DNA of 64,000 bases. It comes from Toensbergia leucococca (lineage: Eukaryota). Shown here piece by piece: positions 33,622 to 47,774 of the stretch. The stretch is from contig JALDZS010000001.1 in the NCBI GenBank assembly GCA_022813965.1, positions 1-64,000 of the forward strand. The letters run 5' to 3'. The translations under genes were made by a program, and so were the position numbers. How positions within the stretch are numbered: the stretch's first letter is position 1; each line of letters starts with the position of its first letter. The notes beneath the pieces were generated by a model, which did not search any database, was not told where the DNA came from, and saw only the letters and a list, made by a program, of their open reading frames with translations.

Positions 33622-36600
33622 ATGCCTGCGAGAACCATGGCTTCGACAGCCACTCAAGTGATAGAGCAGGACGAGCAACAACGCATCGTGCCAGGCTTAC
33701 AGTTCGATGAGCCTCTATCATGGCGAGCTGGAAAGCCCATCCCCATAGCCGACCTTCTACGGAAGCTTCAAACTCTTTCCAAAGAAATGCGAGAAATGGA
33801 ACAAGAAGAGAATGAGCGGGACCCTCTTACCAAAGTTGCGAAAGAGTTGGCAAGCCCAAACCTGCTGGCCCACAAGGACAAAGGTGTCAAAGCCTGGACT
33901 GCCTGCTGCCTGGTGGACATACTCAGACTGTGCGCGCCTGATGCGCCATACACAGGGAAAGAACTCAGGGTTCGTACACAGCATGGACCTAGATGAAAAT
34001 TGAGCCATGAAGGCTGACAAAATTGCAGGATATTTTTACCATGTTGATTACTGTCATACTACCCGCTCTATCAGATCCGTCCAATGCGTACAATAATCAG
34101 CATACGTACGTGCTGGCGTCGCTGGCCCAAGTCAAAAGCATTGTTCTCCTTACGGATATCCCATCTTCGGACCCTCTGATACTTCACCTCTTTACTTCCT
34201 TCTTCGACATCTTGTCTGGTTCTTCAAAGACCTCTGTTGGAGAGCAGCTAGGAAAGAACGTGGAAATCAACATGACGGCCATTCTAATTATTCTGGTCGA
34301 TGAATCTACGACTTTACCTTCCGAAGTGATCGATATCATCGTAGCACAATTCCTCCGGACGGATCCTCGTGCATTCGGTGCAGGTACTGCTAAGGGGAAG
34401 AAGAACGGAGCTGTGCCTGTGGCTGACGAGAAGCAATCTACGCTCGTGCTCAGAGACTTGCCGCCAGCGTATAATATGGCGAAAACAATCTGCAATTCAT
34501 CCCCAGAGAAAATGGCTAGACACGTCAGTCAGTATTTCAACGACGTGATTGTGGATGCCTCGAATTCTTCGAGCACAAACGGTCATGGCAAGCATCGGTC
34601 GCATCGACGGAACAGCGACAATGTAGATGACTCAGAGGACGAAGCGCCTAGCGGGCCTACAGATGAAGATTTTAAAGAGCTTTACAAGGCTCACCAACTT
34701 CTCAGGGAACTATGGCGTGCAAGTCCTGCAGTATTGCAAAATGTAATACCACAGTTGGAGGCTGAGCTCTCTGCAGAAAACATACAGCTGCGCTTACTCG
34801 CCACCGAGACACTAGGAGACATTATCTCAGGCATAGGGGCGGCAGGGTTACCACCCTCCCCGAACATGGATCCTGCAGCATACCCGCCAATTATTCTATC
34901 AGATACTTCAAACACGCCACCATCTCAAAATATCTTAACAGCGCCATCTTCGCAGATATCATTCCCTCAATCACAGGCTCGTGCATATGCGAGCTTCCTT
35001 GGAAGAAAACAGGATAGATCATCTGTAATTCGATCGGCTTGGACAACAGCAATAGGGCGGATACTGAGCACTTCAGCTGGCGGCGCTGGCTTAGTCCAGT
35101 ATGAGGAGGAACAACTCATCGGCGATCTTGCCCGCATGTTGAATGATGGTGATGAAAAGGTTCGGATTGCAGCTGTAAAGGTTATAGGAAACTTCGGCTT
35201 TAGGGATGTCATCCTAAGACTTGGTTCTTTGGGAGGCGTCGCCGAGTCAGGCTCCGTGCTGGCATTACTTGCTGAGAGAGTACGCGATCGCAAGCATGTT
35301 GTTCGTGTGGAGGCTATGAGAGTGCTGGCACGTATTTGGGGAGTTGGTGCTGGAGAAATTGCCGCTGAGGACAAGCGGGTCGTTTCCATCATTGGACAGG
35401 CTCCTTCAAGGATCCTCGATACATACTATGCGAATGATTCAGAGATCAATGCATTAATTGATCATGCTGTTTTTGAAGTGTTGCTACCTTTGAGCTACCC
35501 CCCAATCAAAGCCAGAGGTTCGAGGAGCATCAACGGTAACTCCCAAAAGATCAAAGATAGTCAAGGCACCGAAGAAAACGAAGCAGAAATTCAAGACCCC
35601 GACAAGATCAGAACTGAGAGGATCCTAATGCTTGTGAAGAATCTCGATGAAAAATCGAAGAAGGTGTTCTTTTCGATGCAAATACGGCAGACCGTTCAGG
35701 CGAAGATCGTGTCAATATACTTACAGCGATGTGAAGACTTTAATGTAGGTCTCGTCCTTTGATTAAGCATACTTTGCTCAGCGCTGATCAGGAGTAGGGA
35801 GGCGTTATGGACGAAAATGAAACTCAAATAAAGGAGCATCTCACACGGCTGATAGATAGCCTTGCCAAGACACTCCCAGAGCCTTTGAAGGCCAGCGCTG
35901 ACCTCTGGAAGTTTGCAAAGATGCATGATCGTCGTAGCTATCAGCTCGTGCGCTTCTGCATGGCAGCTGATAGCGATTACCGGACCATGTATAAGGCTTT
36001 TGTAAGTCTATGCTTGTCTGCTATCAAGAGGCTCCACTAATAGAGCCGTTTGTGTATAGAAAGAATTTACTAAACGTATCGAAGCATCAGCAAGTGCGCC
36101 ATCAGGTCTGCTAGAGACTCTCATTCCCCTCCTTTACCGGATTAGCTCCATCGTCTACAACAAAAGCCATGTCCCAGCCATCATGGAATACTCTAGAACG
36201 GACGAAAAGTCCTTGGGTGGTACAGCCCATGAAATTTTACGTGAAATCTCCTCGAGAAGACCTGAGGTCTTGAAGGCTCATGTACAGGAAATATGCAGGA
36301 TCCTGCAGGAAGAGGCCCCGACTGCTAAGAAGCCTAACAATCCCGCCGCAGTAGATAACCTCAAAGCCTGCGCGTCCTTTGCCTCGAAATATGCAAAGGA
36401 GATCCCGCAGGATCGCAAATTCGTACAAGCAATGACAAGCTTTGCTCTCCACGGCACACCTCCAGAAGCAGCAAAATACGCGGTTTCTATAATCATAGCT
36501 GCCTCAGACAAGAAAGAAATACTCGCGAAAGATCTTGTACACAAAAGCGTTCAAGACTTTGAGTACAATGGAGATGGCTTTCTCTCCCGCCTTGCCACCC

Positions 36601-38267
36601 TCTCTCAACTGATGCTTCTTGCTCCTTCCGAGGCCGATGATGAAAGCGATGCTGTAATCGACATTGCTATCAAACAAGTCCTTCTTCAGGTCCGAACTCC
36701 TTCAACAGAGTCTTCAGATGCCTATTCATGGTCTCCTAGTATTGACTCGGAGTGTAATGCCAAGTGTTGGGCTCTCAAAATCCTCGTCAACCGCCTACGC
36801 TCTCACCCAACACCATCTACCCTCCCTGAGGTCGCCGCTCCTGTCTATAACCTTCTCTCAACACTCATACAAAACGAAGGTGAACTTTCAGCCACCAAAA
36901 ACACTCCACCGCATCACAAATCCCGTCTCCGCTTATTTGCCGCACGACTGTACCTCAAATTGTGCACTAAAAAGCCTCACGACACATTACTGACACCTGC
37001 TGCTTTCAATGCCCTTGCCTTGGTAGCCCAGGATTCCAAACTCGAGGTCCGCTCGGCTTTCCTGCAGCGACTGAAAAAATACCTTGCCCAATCAAAACTA
37101 CCGCAACGATTTTACACCATTCCCTTCCTCCTAGCCTTCGAACCTAGCAAAGCACTGATGCTAGAAACAATGACATGGATTCGAAATCGAGCCTCTTACT
37201 TCTCTAATCTGAAATCGCAGATAGGCTCTACCGGCAGCGCGAAGGCCAACATAGTCATGGAATCCGTCCTGGCTAGGCTATTGTCCCTCCTAGCTCATCA
37301 CCCCGACTACGGTGCTAGCGCCGAAGACCTCATCGACTTCAGCCGCTACATAATTTTCTACCTCCAAACCGTCGCCAGCGAAGAGAACCTCTCCCTAATC
37401 TACCACATCGCCCAACGCGTCAAACAATGCCACGACGCAGTCCTTTCCCCCACTACCACCACCACAGACACCAATTCCACCCCATTCGACTCCAACCTCC
37501 ACCACCTCAGCGACCTTGCCCTACTCACCATCCGCAAATTCGAAGACGCCCATACCTGGACCATCCAAACCCTTCCCGCCAAAATCCGCCTCCCAACTTC
37601 TCTCTTCTCGGAAATAAAGGACCACGACGAAGCACAGCGCATCGCCGAGCGCGACCACTTACCTGAAGATGTTGAAGAAGCTATTGAGAGCCTCGTGCGA
37701 GCGAGCATGCGGCCCGGGAAAATAGGCAAGAAACGGCGCAGTGACGGCGAGCATGAGGGTCGGGAAAGCAAGAAAGCCAAGGCTTCGAATGCTACTGCTG
37801 GCGAGGTTGGAGGCAAGACTTTGCCGATCCGAAAAGCTGGCGCTGCTACGAAGGCGGCTAAGAGCAAGGTGGCCAAGACTCCGAAGAAGAAGGCTGTGGA
37901 GGCGGATGTAGACGTGGCCTCTAGTGAGCGGAGGCGGAGCGGGCGCGTGAAGGAGGTGGGGGAGAAGAGTTATGCGGAAAGAGAGGATGAGGAGGATGAT
38001 GAGGAGATGGAGGAGTTGCAGGAGGGGAGTAGGGGAGAAGTTCGGCATGTTGATCCTATGGGCGAGGAGGAAGAAGAGGAAGCAGTGGAGGAAACGGAGG
38101 CTGTGGAGAAGGTTGGACGGGGGAGGCCGAGGAAAGGAGCGAGGAATATAAAGGGGAAAGTCAAGGCCAAGACGAAGCACGTATTGCCTCGGAACAAAGG
38201 CGATGATGAGGATGGAGGGGAGGACGAAGTCTTGTCCGATCCGCCCGCTTCTGACACGGAATCTTGA
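33622..38267 (+). CDS. PDS5: Sister chromatid cohesion protein Pds5 (BimD/Spo76); three introns
   Basis: LLAHKDKGVKAWTACCLVDILRLCAPDAPYT, NVIPQLEAELS, ERVRDRK, RLLSLLAHHPD and a charged low-complexity tail. Confidence 0.96.
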
Positions 38268-39252
38268 TTTATTATCTTTTTTGCGAGGAAATTGCCACTG
38301 TCATATCTTTACGGGCCCGGGCTTCTTCGATTGCGATCCTGTTTGGAAAGACTCAACCCAACATACGCCTTTTGTGCCCGACTCAGGCCTGCTTCTTACG
38401 TGTTGAGATGGAGTTGGTGCAGATACCAAAGCTTGCTTGGGAAAGGAGGGGGGGGTGGGGGGTGGCGTTTGCTTATACAACAACCGAGGGGGGAAAGGGG
38501 GACGTTTTTTCGCTTTTTTGATGTAGCTTTCGCTTGGAGCTGTTTCGATTGGGTTTTTACAACCTGGTTTTTGCTTTGAAGAAGGGGGTGGATGGTATTG
38601 AAGATGTAGTGTTAGGTGTGGATTTTTTTGCTTTTTGCAGAGGTAGGTAGGTAGGATAGGTAGCTTTTTTTGCATACACTATTTACTCGGTGTGCATAGG
38701 AGGCGTAGGCGTGAGTATGTAGAGATTCTGATTCTTTCTTTTTTTTTTATGGGTGACTGTTGTGCTGTTGGATTTTCGGGTTAGTGGTGATGGAGCTTTT
38801 CTTGCTCTTTTCTTTTCTTTTCTTTCCTTGCCCCGTGAGAGGGGGGAGATGTGGGTGCCTTTTTTTGCGACAGTGAGGAGATAGATGGATGTGCCGCTGC
38901 TTTGCGGGTTGCGAGCTTCATTGCCTGCCCTTTCTCTCGCGGGGGCGGGGAGGGGGTGGTCCTGAGAATCTTCTTTTTTTTTTTTCTCTTTTTTTTTTCT
39001 TTTTCTGCTTCTTCGTTTTGGTGGGTGTGGATGTCGATGTTTGAGGGAAATTGTTACATCTCTATATACCGCCCCGCCCCCCCCTCCAACCGGGGCTTTT
39101 GATTACGCCTTTTTGCCGACGCCTGTCCTGCCTATCGAGACTTGACGGTGAGTGTGATGAATTGGGAAATGAGGAGTTGTACAAAGGGGATTTTTTTATG
39201 CCGAGGAGGGGATTTGTGTGGAGGAAGAAAGGGAAGGCGATGGGGCTGGCTT

Positions 39253-39327
39253 TTTTGAGGGAGGGGATAGGTGGGGTGGGGTGGGGAGGGGAGGGGAGGG
39301 GAGGAAGGGGGAGGGGGAGGGGGAGGG
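39253..39327 (+). repeat. G-run tract (GGGGT/GGGGA repeats) with G-quadruplex potential
   Basis: GGGGTGGGGTGGGGAGGGGAGGGGAGGGGAGGAAGGGGGAGGGGGAGGGGGAGGG read directly. Confidence 0.7.
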
Positions 39328-40101
39328 TTTATGTATGTATGTGTATATATATACTTCTTCAGCCCCCCCCCTCCAAAAAAAAACAAGCACGAAAGTAGGT
39401 AGTCACCTCAGCCCAGAGAAGGGCGGGGTATGAAATATGGACTCCATGTCCTTCTTGAGCCCAAAAAAAGGTTCGCCACCCATTCCCACCCCCTGACCCC
39501 TAGTGTGGGCACTGAGAAGAACGGGAGAAAGAGAGAGAAAGAGAGAGAAAGAGAGATGAATCAACCAGCCTCATAAGCAATAACCAAAAACACTCACACA
39601 AACCCACCTATCCATCTACACCATCTACATCAACAACATCCCCCACCCAAAACCCCCCAGAAACCCACAAAGACACAAGAAAACAAAACCATCCCCTTCC
39701 CTTACCAAAAAAAAAACAACAAACAACAAACCCCAAACCCTTCCAAATCCAAAAAGATTGACGAGAAGAGCCATAAACTATACACGCCCAAAGCTCAACC
39801 CCGGGCTACCTATCTGTTCTCAGCTTTGCGAAGTGAGTGAGAGAAAGAGAGAGAAAGGCAGTCTAGAAAAAAAAGAGCAGCAGCCAGTCATGTCCCCCCC
39901 TTTTTTATTATTACCATGGGATGGGGTTTTTTCGGAAAACTGAAAACCCGTGCCAGAGCAGAGCGCAGATCGAAAAAACGCACATACAATTACAAATACA
40001 ACATAAGCCTACAAAGGCACCGCTTGTGAAAAAAAAATGGACACGCAAACACCGCTTGAAAGAGGAATTCGACGAGAGGAGACTGTCACCCAGAGACTCA
40101 C

Positions 40102-40124
40102 AGAGAGAGAGAGAGAGAGAGAGA
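40102..40124 (+). repeat. (AG)n microsatellite
   Basis: About 11 AG units read directly. Confidence 0.9.
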
Positions 40125-40561
40125 AAATGTTTCGATTTGAAAAAAAATTCTAAACCTAGTGATGATCAAGGAAGCTAAAAAGATTTTGCCTTCAGGGCAA
40201 TTCCGTGAAGTATGATGGGCAGAGGTGGTGCGCATGCATACAATGCGCGCATTTGCCTTGAAAGGGGCGGGGGGACTACATTCTTTTTGCCAACACATTA
40301 ATTTACTTAAAAAATGGACAAGAGGATCAGCTAATCCGCTTTGGCGAAAGCCTTGTTATCCCAACTGGCCACCCTTCCCGCCCCTGCTCGGCAATTGGTT
40401 GTGAGCCGTGCTACAAGCGAGGCACAGACTTTTCACTTTTCGGGCGACCAGGCGAAGCCCAGAAGAGATGAGGCACACCCATGTGACGGGTGTGACTCCC
40501 AATACACACCGAGTATGCCAAGGCATGTCGCATCGAAAACAGTGGCACGGCGCTGCAATCA

Positions 40562-43500
40562 TCATAAAGCTGGTCCACCGAGTCGTCGCCGGATCAGTTC
40601 TTGGACCATAACCAATGTTTGCTTTTCCTGTTCAGTAAGGCCGTAACCCGGCTTATCGGACTCCGGTGGTGTGGGCGGTACCGAAGGATCCTGACTTACA
40701 GCCCTGTCTCCACCATCTACTCCTTCTTGAGTACAAAGAGCAACAACCTCAGCTGGTGCTTCGGCCTTTGTGTAGCGTCAGCATTAGGATTCTTGATGAC
40801 GTAATCATTTAGTGGGTGAGAGTCAAACTCACGATAAGCGTGCCGATGAGATTCTCCACCTGATCTGTGCTTAAATTGAGATCTGTGTTGGACTGGGCAA
40901 ATTGCGCAAGGTTAAAGGCTGTTCTCTGTTCAATAAACGGCCGTTTGTCAAAGGCCTCTTTGTTCCCGTTCTGTGCTTTGGCCGCTGCAGCTATGCGTGC
41001 ACGTCGCTCTTCGCGTTCTCGTACAATCAGTTTGCTCAACTGAGCCTTCTTTTGCATTTCTGGGCTTGGCTCAAGCCATGATCTGAGAGTGCGTCAGTAG
41101 AAAACTCGAGAGATATTGTAGAGAAGCATTAAGAACGGACCTCTTCACCCGGTCGATGAAATCGAGTTTGATTCCTCTCTCTGGCAGACGATAAACCACA
41201 CCGGATTCTCGTCTCGTGGACTCTAGCTCTTCATCACTCAGAAGCTCGTTCTCAATCTCAATGAGTCCATTATTAGTGAACCCGCGACGAAGGTTTGTGT
41301 CCACAATTCTGGCCCTTCTTGGTCGGCGAACCTTGAATGTTCTGCAGTTGTTGGACTGGACCATGGTCGACGATCTAGACGTAGAATCGAGACCTTGTAA
41401 CTCTGGATCAACGTGATTAGGACACATCCAGCTGTGTCTAGGCCGGCCACCATTTCCTCTTGGAGGAGGATTGGCAAGTGGTGGATCCAAGCAATCTAGA
41501 TGCCACTTAAGATTGCAAAAATCACATGCAATAATCTCACGGTGGCCCAACGAAGACTTTCCACAATGGTAGCACGAGACAAAATTGTCTTTGGCATCCT
41601 TGAGTTGGAATGTGTCTGGGGCTTCTACGTATCCAGCCCGTGTTCTGTCCTGTTTTTAGTAATTGAAAAACGACGCGTCATCGTACTCTGAACATTAACT
41701 TACTTGGACCTTAATGCCACAGTATCCTCGTACTCGCCCTCTTCTCCGGTCCTGACGCCTTCAAAGTAATCCCTAATATCCAAGGGAAGGACATAGGCGG
41801 TTGGGTTCTTCTTTTCTAGAGCAGCAAGCAAAGCGGCAAATACCCCTCGCGGCGGTTTAGGCTGTGGGTCTCGTTTTGACTCGCAGATGTAGCAGTACCA
41901 CTCTCCTTCAGGTGGCTTGTTGGCGTTCATGGGTGGGTCGAGACAGGTAAAATGGAAGGAGCGAGTGCAACCATCGCAACAGAGAAGCTGGCCGCTACCA
42001 CTACAAGCTGAGCAATAATCCACGTTGTCATGCTGGACATGGGAATTAGCCATCAAGCCATGATACATGCAAAGTCATATGCAAGACTGAGGCGGAATGC
42101 AAGCAAAGAAATGGTTATTGACAATCGTGGTAGACAAGAAAGAAATGATGGTCGGTTGATTACGTGGGGAAGAAATTTTGTCTTACATCTTCGTTATCAT
42201 CCGTGTGTCCATAGCCGACCGGGCTGTCTCTACCGCCACCGGAACGGGCAATACCTGCAATAACACCAGTCCTCTTCTTCATAGGCCTAAACGTACATGA
42301 GGTAATTAGCCATGTCATCATACTACTGCCTGACCATGTGATTTAATGTGCAAAGCCAGCCAATGCGCAAAGGAGTTCAGATGACGAATGTGATGGAATC
42401 TGAAAGAACACGACACAAGATCCTTTGGGAGCCTCCTGTGAAGAAGGTCTTGGAGAAAATGACTCCTTCTCTCCTCGAATGTGACACATTGTAGAAAAGG
42501 GAAGTACTTACGAGATCTTGACACGAGCGGCTTTTTTCACCAATTTTGGTGGACGACCAAGCTGATTTGGCGTGCCTCCTCTTGGCGAATGCAACGCCTC
42601 TGGTGGTACTGGAACGAGAAGTTCGCCTGGAACTGAAGAGGCTGGTGATTGGAGATCTTCGTAGTCGTCCCTCCTACCTTGCCGGTGCGTACCATTACGT
42701 AGACGTGTTGGCTGTGGACGTGAAGGCAAACGTGTAGGGCCTTGCGAGATAGCAGGTAGCGTTGCGTCAGACTCTTTTGGAGTAGGAGCCACGCGAAGAT
42801 TGCTGTCGTTGACAGTATAATCGTCAAAGGTCTTCTGTAATTTTCGACGCTCAGCAGCCTGATTTTCAGTAGCTCCACCGTTCATGAGACCAGCGGTGAC
42901 AGACGATCGTTTTTGAGAAGGCATGGGAAGATTCGTAGTCGAGAAGCTATGTAATTTCGGGCCGGCGGTTGCCAAGGGTTTAGAGTTGGTTGTTGGTGGA
43001 GTTCGTACACGAATTTTGGGGGTGGTTTCCAAATCGATGGAGGACAGTGATGAAAGAGAAGATGAACTTGATGCACTCTTGGAGCGTTTCCTACGCTTTG
43101 CAGGACGCTCTTCTTTAGCTGGGCTTCCGTTGGTTTCCATGACTTCGCCGTTTGGTTGTTGTTTCGAGTTTAAGGTTTTGTTGATAGTATCGGTCGCATG
43201 CGCCCGGTCGGAATGAGTTCCTACTTGGCTTGCAACACTCGGACGAGCAGTCTTGGAAGGAGACTTTGATGTAGACTTGGATAATGAGTTAATACCCATC
43301 GAAGAGTGTCTGTTGAGACCTTTCTCGGCTTTGATCTGCTTCCTTGCAACCCTGATGTAGCCTTGAAAATCTGCAGCTTGACGTGGTGTTGGTCGTTGAG
43401 AGAGAACAGCCTCAAGAAGATCGGCTAACATATGATTGTTAAGACTCTCTTCGAAGAGTTGCCTCACAGCAAGACCAAGGATTGGGTTTCCAATCTCATA

Positions 43501-44079
43501 AGACCGATCAACGGCTGAGTCGACAACTTGTCTGAGTCTTGCTTGTGCGGCAGATATTTGTGGAGGTACTATGGTTTGAGGTGAAATATGTAGTTGTAGG
43601 GTTTTAGCCGATGTGGGTTTAGGTACGCTTTTTGGGGTGTAATCTTGATCTTCTTCCCTTTCACGAGATGACGATGCTTTGAAAACACGATCCTCTACCT
43701 TTCGAGGCTCAGACCGTCTGATCCCCGCTGATATTGGATCCGGTACACTTACAACATCCTTAGCCGCCATGGTCTCTCCAAGCTTTGTCTGCGTCAATCG
43801 TCGTGGAGGGTCATGATTCTTCAGTCTCAATTTGACCTTCTGATTCGGAAGGGAGCCCAAGGGAGCCATGTGCTCGAGTACTCCGTGCCGTTCAAGCCCT
43901 TTGTAATCGGCGAAGCTGGGGGCCGGGGTTCGCAACGGAGGCTCGTTCCATCCCTCACTAACGGCTTTTTTTTCTTTCTGTGTTTGAGTCTTTTCTTCTT
44001 CCCTTGCACAATCTGTCATAGAGACATCGGCTGGGCTCGATCTTCGAGAAGACTTCCTCAAGGGCCTTGACGAGGCCAT
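40562..44079 (-). CDS. Two-PHD-finger protein, Rco1-like (Rpd3S complex); multi-exon
   Basis: PHD1 DYCSACSGSGQLLCCDGCTRSFHFTCLDPP..WYC; the linker DIRDYFEGVRTGEEGEY; PHD2 CYHCG..IIACDFCNLKWHLDCLDPP..WMCPNH; and NNGLIEI..YRLPERGIKLDF. Confidence 0.88.
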
Positions 44080-44790
44080 TGTAACGGCCCCCCAATTACC
44101 GGGCAGGAAAAACGAAAAGCTAGGCAATGTTAGCTCAGGGCAAGCTGATAAAGATGTCGAGGGGCCAATACATACCCACCACCTTACTTCCGGTGAGTTA
44201 CAAAGAAAATACGAAAGGTTTATCGCGATTACGGTCGCGTTCGTCGGTGGGGAGGTGTTGAAACTTGGAGCGACGGAATAGTTCCTTCTCCGGCTCGACT
44301 CGCTTCTGGGTTAGGGGCTTGTGCCCGGAGGCGTGGAAGCAAGTCACAAGAACAAGAATAGTCCTCAACACATGCACAGGCTATCAAACCTTTCAAGTCT
44401 TGCTTCTTCCAGATACGAAGAAATTCAAAGTAAAGCAATAATGCAGGGGGTACTGCTCTTGGAATTATGAGACGTAGACTCGATTGTGGTTCAGGGGCAA
44501 AGGTGAAGAGAACTGGGCCAACATATATCATAAATTGTAGTATCATTCACTAGGGATGATCGTATCATTGAGTCATAGCCATTGCATTCTAAGGACATTC
44601 ACGCTGATTAGGGATAGGGGATTTGGCATCCCTGTTATTGATGTGCTGCCTATTGACAGGGTTCCTACGAACCGCCTAATCCAAATACCTGCCAGGATAT
44701 CACATAGAGGTCTCGATCCGAGCACGAGATATCCACTGCTTCACTAAGGTGATGATTCATATCGTCAATACCAATGACTGAAACCGAGAA

Positions 44791-46299
44791 TCACTCCTCA
44801 TCGTCGCTCGAGTCCTCCTCCTCCTCCTCTTCCTCCTCGGCAGCTTTTTTGGCGGGCTTCTTCTTCTTTTTCTTATTCTTATTCTTCGTTCCAGTCGCTT
44901 TTGCTACAGGTAGGTCGAGGATTTTAAGTATCTCCGGATCGGTGATCTTCTTTTCCGTCTTATATTTTGATAGATCTGGAGGAGGGGGTGCACTGAGGCG
45001 AACCACGCCATTTTTCGTGATTGCTAAAGGATGTCAGTTTGTTGTACCCTCGAAAAATGAATATCACGTACCAATGGTGGTCAGCATTCTAGCAACTGCT
45101 ACTGCATCTTTATCTGCTACGACCTCATATTGTCGAAGAACATTCGAACGAACACATTCCACAACCCCAATCTTCGCAGCTCTCTCATCGTCGAGTTGTC
45201 GTAAGCTAAAGGGGAAAGTACCAAATTTCTTCACTATCTCCGACAGAGTTTGGCGAGAGCTCGGTCTCTTAAGCTGATAGGTGACAGCCGTTCTTCGATG
45301 TAACGTTGGGCGATTATCTAAGGTTTTGATTTTACCTGTCCCAAGACTTACACCCATTTCAACCCCCCAGACCTCTCCTACCTCTGGGATGCCTTCCCCC
45401 TTACTGCCTTCCGAGGGAGCTAGTACAATTCTCTTCTTACCTTCAATCTCATTCCGATCAAAAAGCCACGATGTGGTGCTTTCTACCAGGTTACAACCGT
45501 AGCTCTTCACTACTTTTTCTAGAAGTTGCGTGATCTTTGATTGTGTAGGCGGCTTTTCTGCAGCGGCCTTCTTTTTTTCCTCGTCAGAGCCCGAAGCAAG
45601 TAGTCCTGGAGGTAACATTAACCTTAAGAAGACCTCGTTGGCATAGTATGTAGCGAGCAGTAGATCAGCCTCACGACCAGAGATAATTCCATCTTTGTTC
45701 TTGTCAGAAGGTATGATGACTGTATCGCAAACTATGGTGCCAAATCCATCGATCTGAGCCCCTAATTGAATTTTGACAACTTCGTCGGCTTTGATGGTTG
45801 CTGAAGCTTCTTCGACATCAGCTGATAGTGGAGTGTATGGCGTGACATACGAGCTTGGGGATATGGTAGTTGGGTGTGATATGCCTAAATAGAGGATTCC
45901 CTGAGCGGAAGTTTGCCGAACTTGAATATGCTTAGTTACCCTTGGAGATTTTCTTTCCTTTGTAGACTTTCGCAACCTCCTCGCTCAACAGTCGATCTCC
46001 CCGTTCACAGAGTGTGAGTATCTTCTCACCCTCGACACACCATCCTTTGTACTTTGTTAACACGATATTTGCAACTTATGCATGAGAAAAGTACCTACCG
46101 GTGACTGTTTCTAGAACTCGGTGGGATATTTGGGCGGCGGTCTTGTACTTTGTGAGAGTATCAGGGTTGTTGAGCGAATAGTCTACCGAACGGTATCAGC
46201 AGTCGTTCCGGAGATTTTGTGGGTCATGATTTTTGGTCAACAAAGGGCGTATGGGTATGTTGTTGAGGGGTACATACCGATTGCTGCATCTTCAGCCAT
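44791..46299 (-). CDS. Curved DNA-binding protein Cdb4 / PA2G4(EBP1)-like, MetAP fold; multi-exon
   Basis: DYSLNNPDTLTKYKTAAQIS, VVKIQLGAQIDGF, YQLKRPSSRQTLSEIVKKFGTFPFSLRQL and a Lys-rich/acidic tail. Confidence 0.9.
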
Positions 46300-46604
46300 A
46301 GCTGGCAGCGGTGGATAGACGGGTTTCTTCAACTTCACAGGTTGTTGGGATTGAATGTAATTCTGGCTGAGAATGTCGAAATGAAATGTCGTGTGAGGGG
46401 CACAGGGATTGAAGAGGGGTCCAGTTGTTGATTGGCTTCATTGCTTGCAGGCGGACGACCCCTGTTTCTTTCGACGACCTCTCGAGTCTCAATACCGCTA
46501 CAGATGCCTACAAGAAGTCCAGAGTCGAATCCGGAGCTCCATCACTCCCTTCTACAGAATGCACGATAGCCCTCATTCCACATGAGCCCCGAGATAGAGG
46601 CATC

Positions 46605-47540
46605 ATGAGAACCCCACACCCTGTTCCATGCCCTGTTCGCCTGCTGACCCACAACATTCGCTATGCAACAACCTCTCCTTTCAAAGGTGAGGAGCCATGG
46701 GAAATTCGTAGGCCTCGAATAATAAACGAGCTCCGCTTCAATACCACCCATATCCCCGAATCCTTCATCTGCCTGCAAGAAGTCTTGCATCACCAATTGC
46801 TCGATGTTCTCGGTGGCCTGAACAAGTCTGCTAGCATCGATGAGCAGTGGACTTTCATCGGAGTTGGCCGTAACGACGGGCATGCGGCTGGAGAATACTC
46901 TCCTATTCTTTACCGCCCGGCTGTCTGGATTTTGCAGAACCACAAGACCATGTGGCTGTCCGAGACACCACAAATTCCTTCAAAAGGCTGGGACGCGGCC
47001 TCTATTCGGATTCTGACAATTGGCAAGTTCTCACACCGACGGGGGAACAAGGACCTTGTGGCTATGAACACTCACCTGGATGACCAGGGCAGTCAATCGC
47101 GCAACGAGGCTGCCAAGATCATCCTCGAGCAGATTGCTCATGCCAGATCGGAGGCTGATGGTGTCTTTCTTGCTGGCGACTTCAACAGTGAACCGGAAGA
47201 GGAAGCTTACCTAGCTCTCACTCACTCACAGTCCCCCGTGCGAGATCTTCAAACCTTGGTCAAGGAAGAGGACAGATATGGAAACATAAATACGTTTACG
47301 GGCTTTCGGTGTGGGGAAGAAAAGAGAATCGATTTCATCTTCATAGATCAAGGAGAAGATCAAAAAGAAGATCAAGAAGAAGATCTGGAAGATCATCCAG
47401 AAAAAATTCAAGGCGTACCCCGGTGGGATATTAAAGGCTACGGCGTCCTAGAGAATCTGTTCGAGGATGAAGTATACTCTTCTGATCACAGAGCAATTGT
47501 TGGCGATCTGATACTTCTTGGCGATCTGGGACGTCTATGA
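46605..47540 (+). CDS. Endonuclease/exonuclease/phosphatase (EEP) family protein
   Basis: LLTHNIRY, CLQEVL, GVGRNDG..GEYSPILY, NTHLD, LAGDFNS, RIDFIF and SDHRAIV. Confidence 0.92.
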   Translation: MRTPHPVPCPVRLLTHNIRYATTSPFKGEEPWEIRRPRIINELRFNTTHIPESFICLQEVLHHQLLDVLGGLNKSASIDEQWTFIGVGRNDGHAAGEYSPILYRPAVWILQNHKTMWLSETPQIPSKGWDAASIRILTIGKFSHRRGNKDLVAMNTHLDDQGSQSRNEAAKIILEQIAHARSEADGVFLAGDFNSEPEEEAYLALTHSQSPVRDLQTLVKEEDRYGNINTFTGFRCGEEKRIDFIFIDQGEDQKEDQEEDLEDHPEKIQGVPRWDIKGYGVLENLFEDEVYSSDHRAIVGDLILLGDLGRL

Positions 47541-47774
47541 TGGCTTAACGGCTTAGCGGCCCCTATCTGATTCGGCAACCTCTGATCTTAACGCAGAGCC
47601 GTTGATGACCTTTCGTTCAAAGAAATTCCGTGGATCGTGGATGTATCTCTTCTTGCTTGCCAACTACTCAAGTATGTCTCGTACCTCTACCTTTCTCATA
47701 GCCGTGACATTGTTAATGAAGTCGCAGGAAAACCTTGATTCCTTAATGATCGGAGTACTGCATTATTACCTCCC

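Noticed and set aside
38292..40178. Numerous short ORFs in the PDS5/RCO1-like spacer
   Set aside because: Translations of homopolymer and microsatellite DNA.
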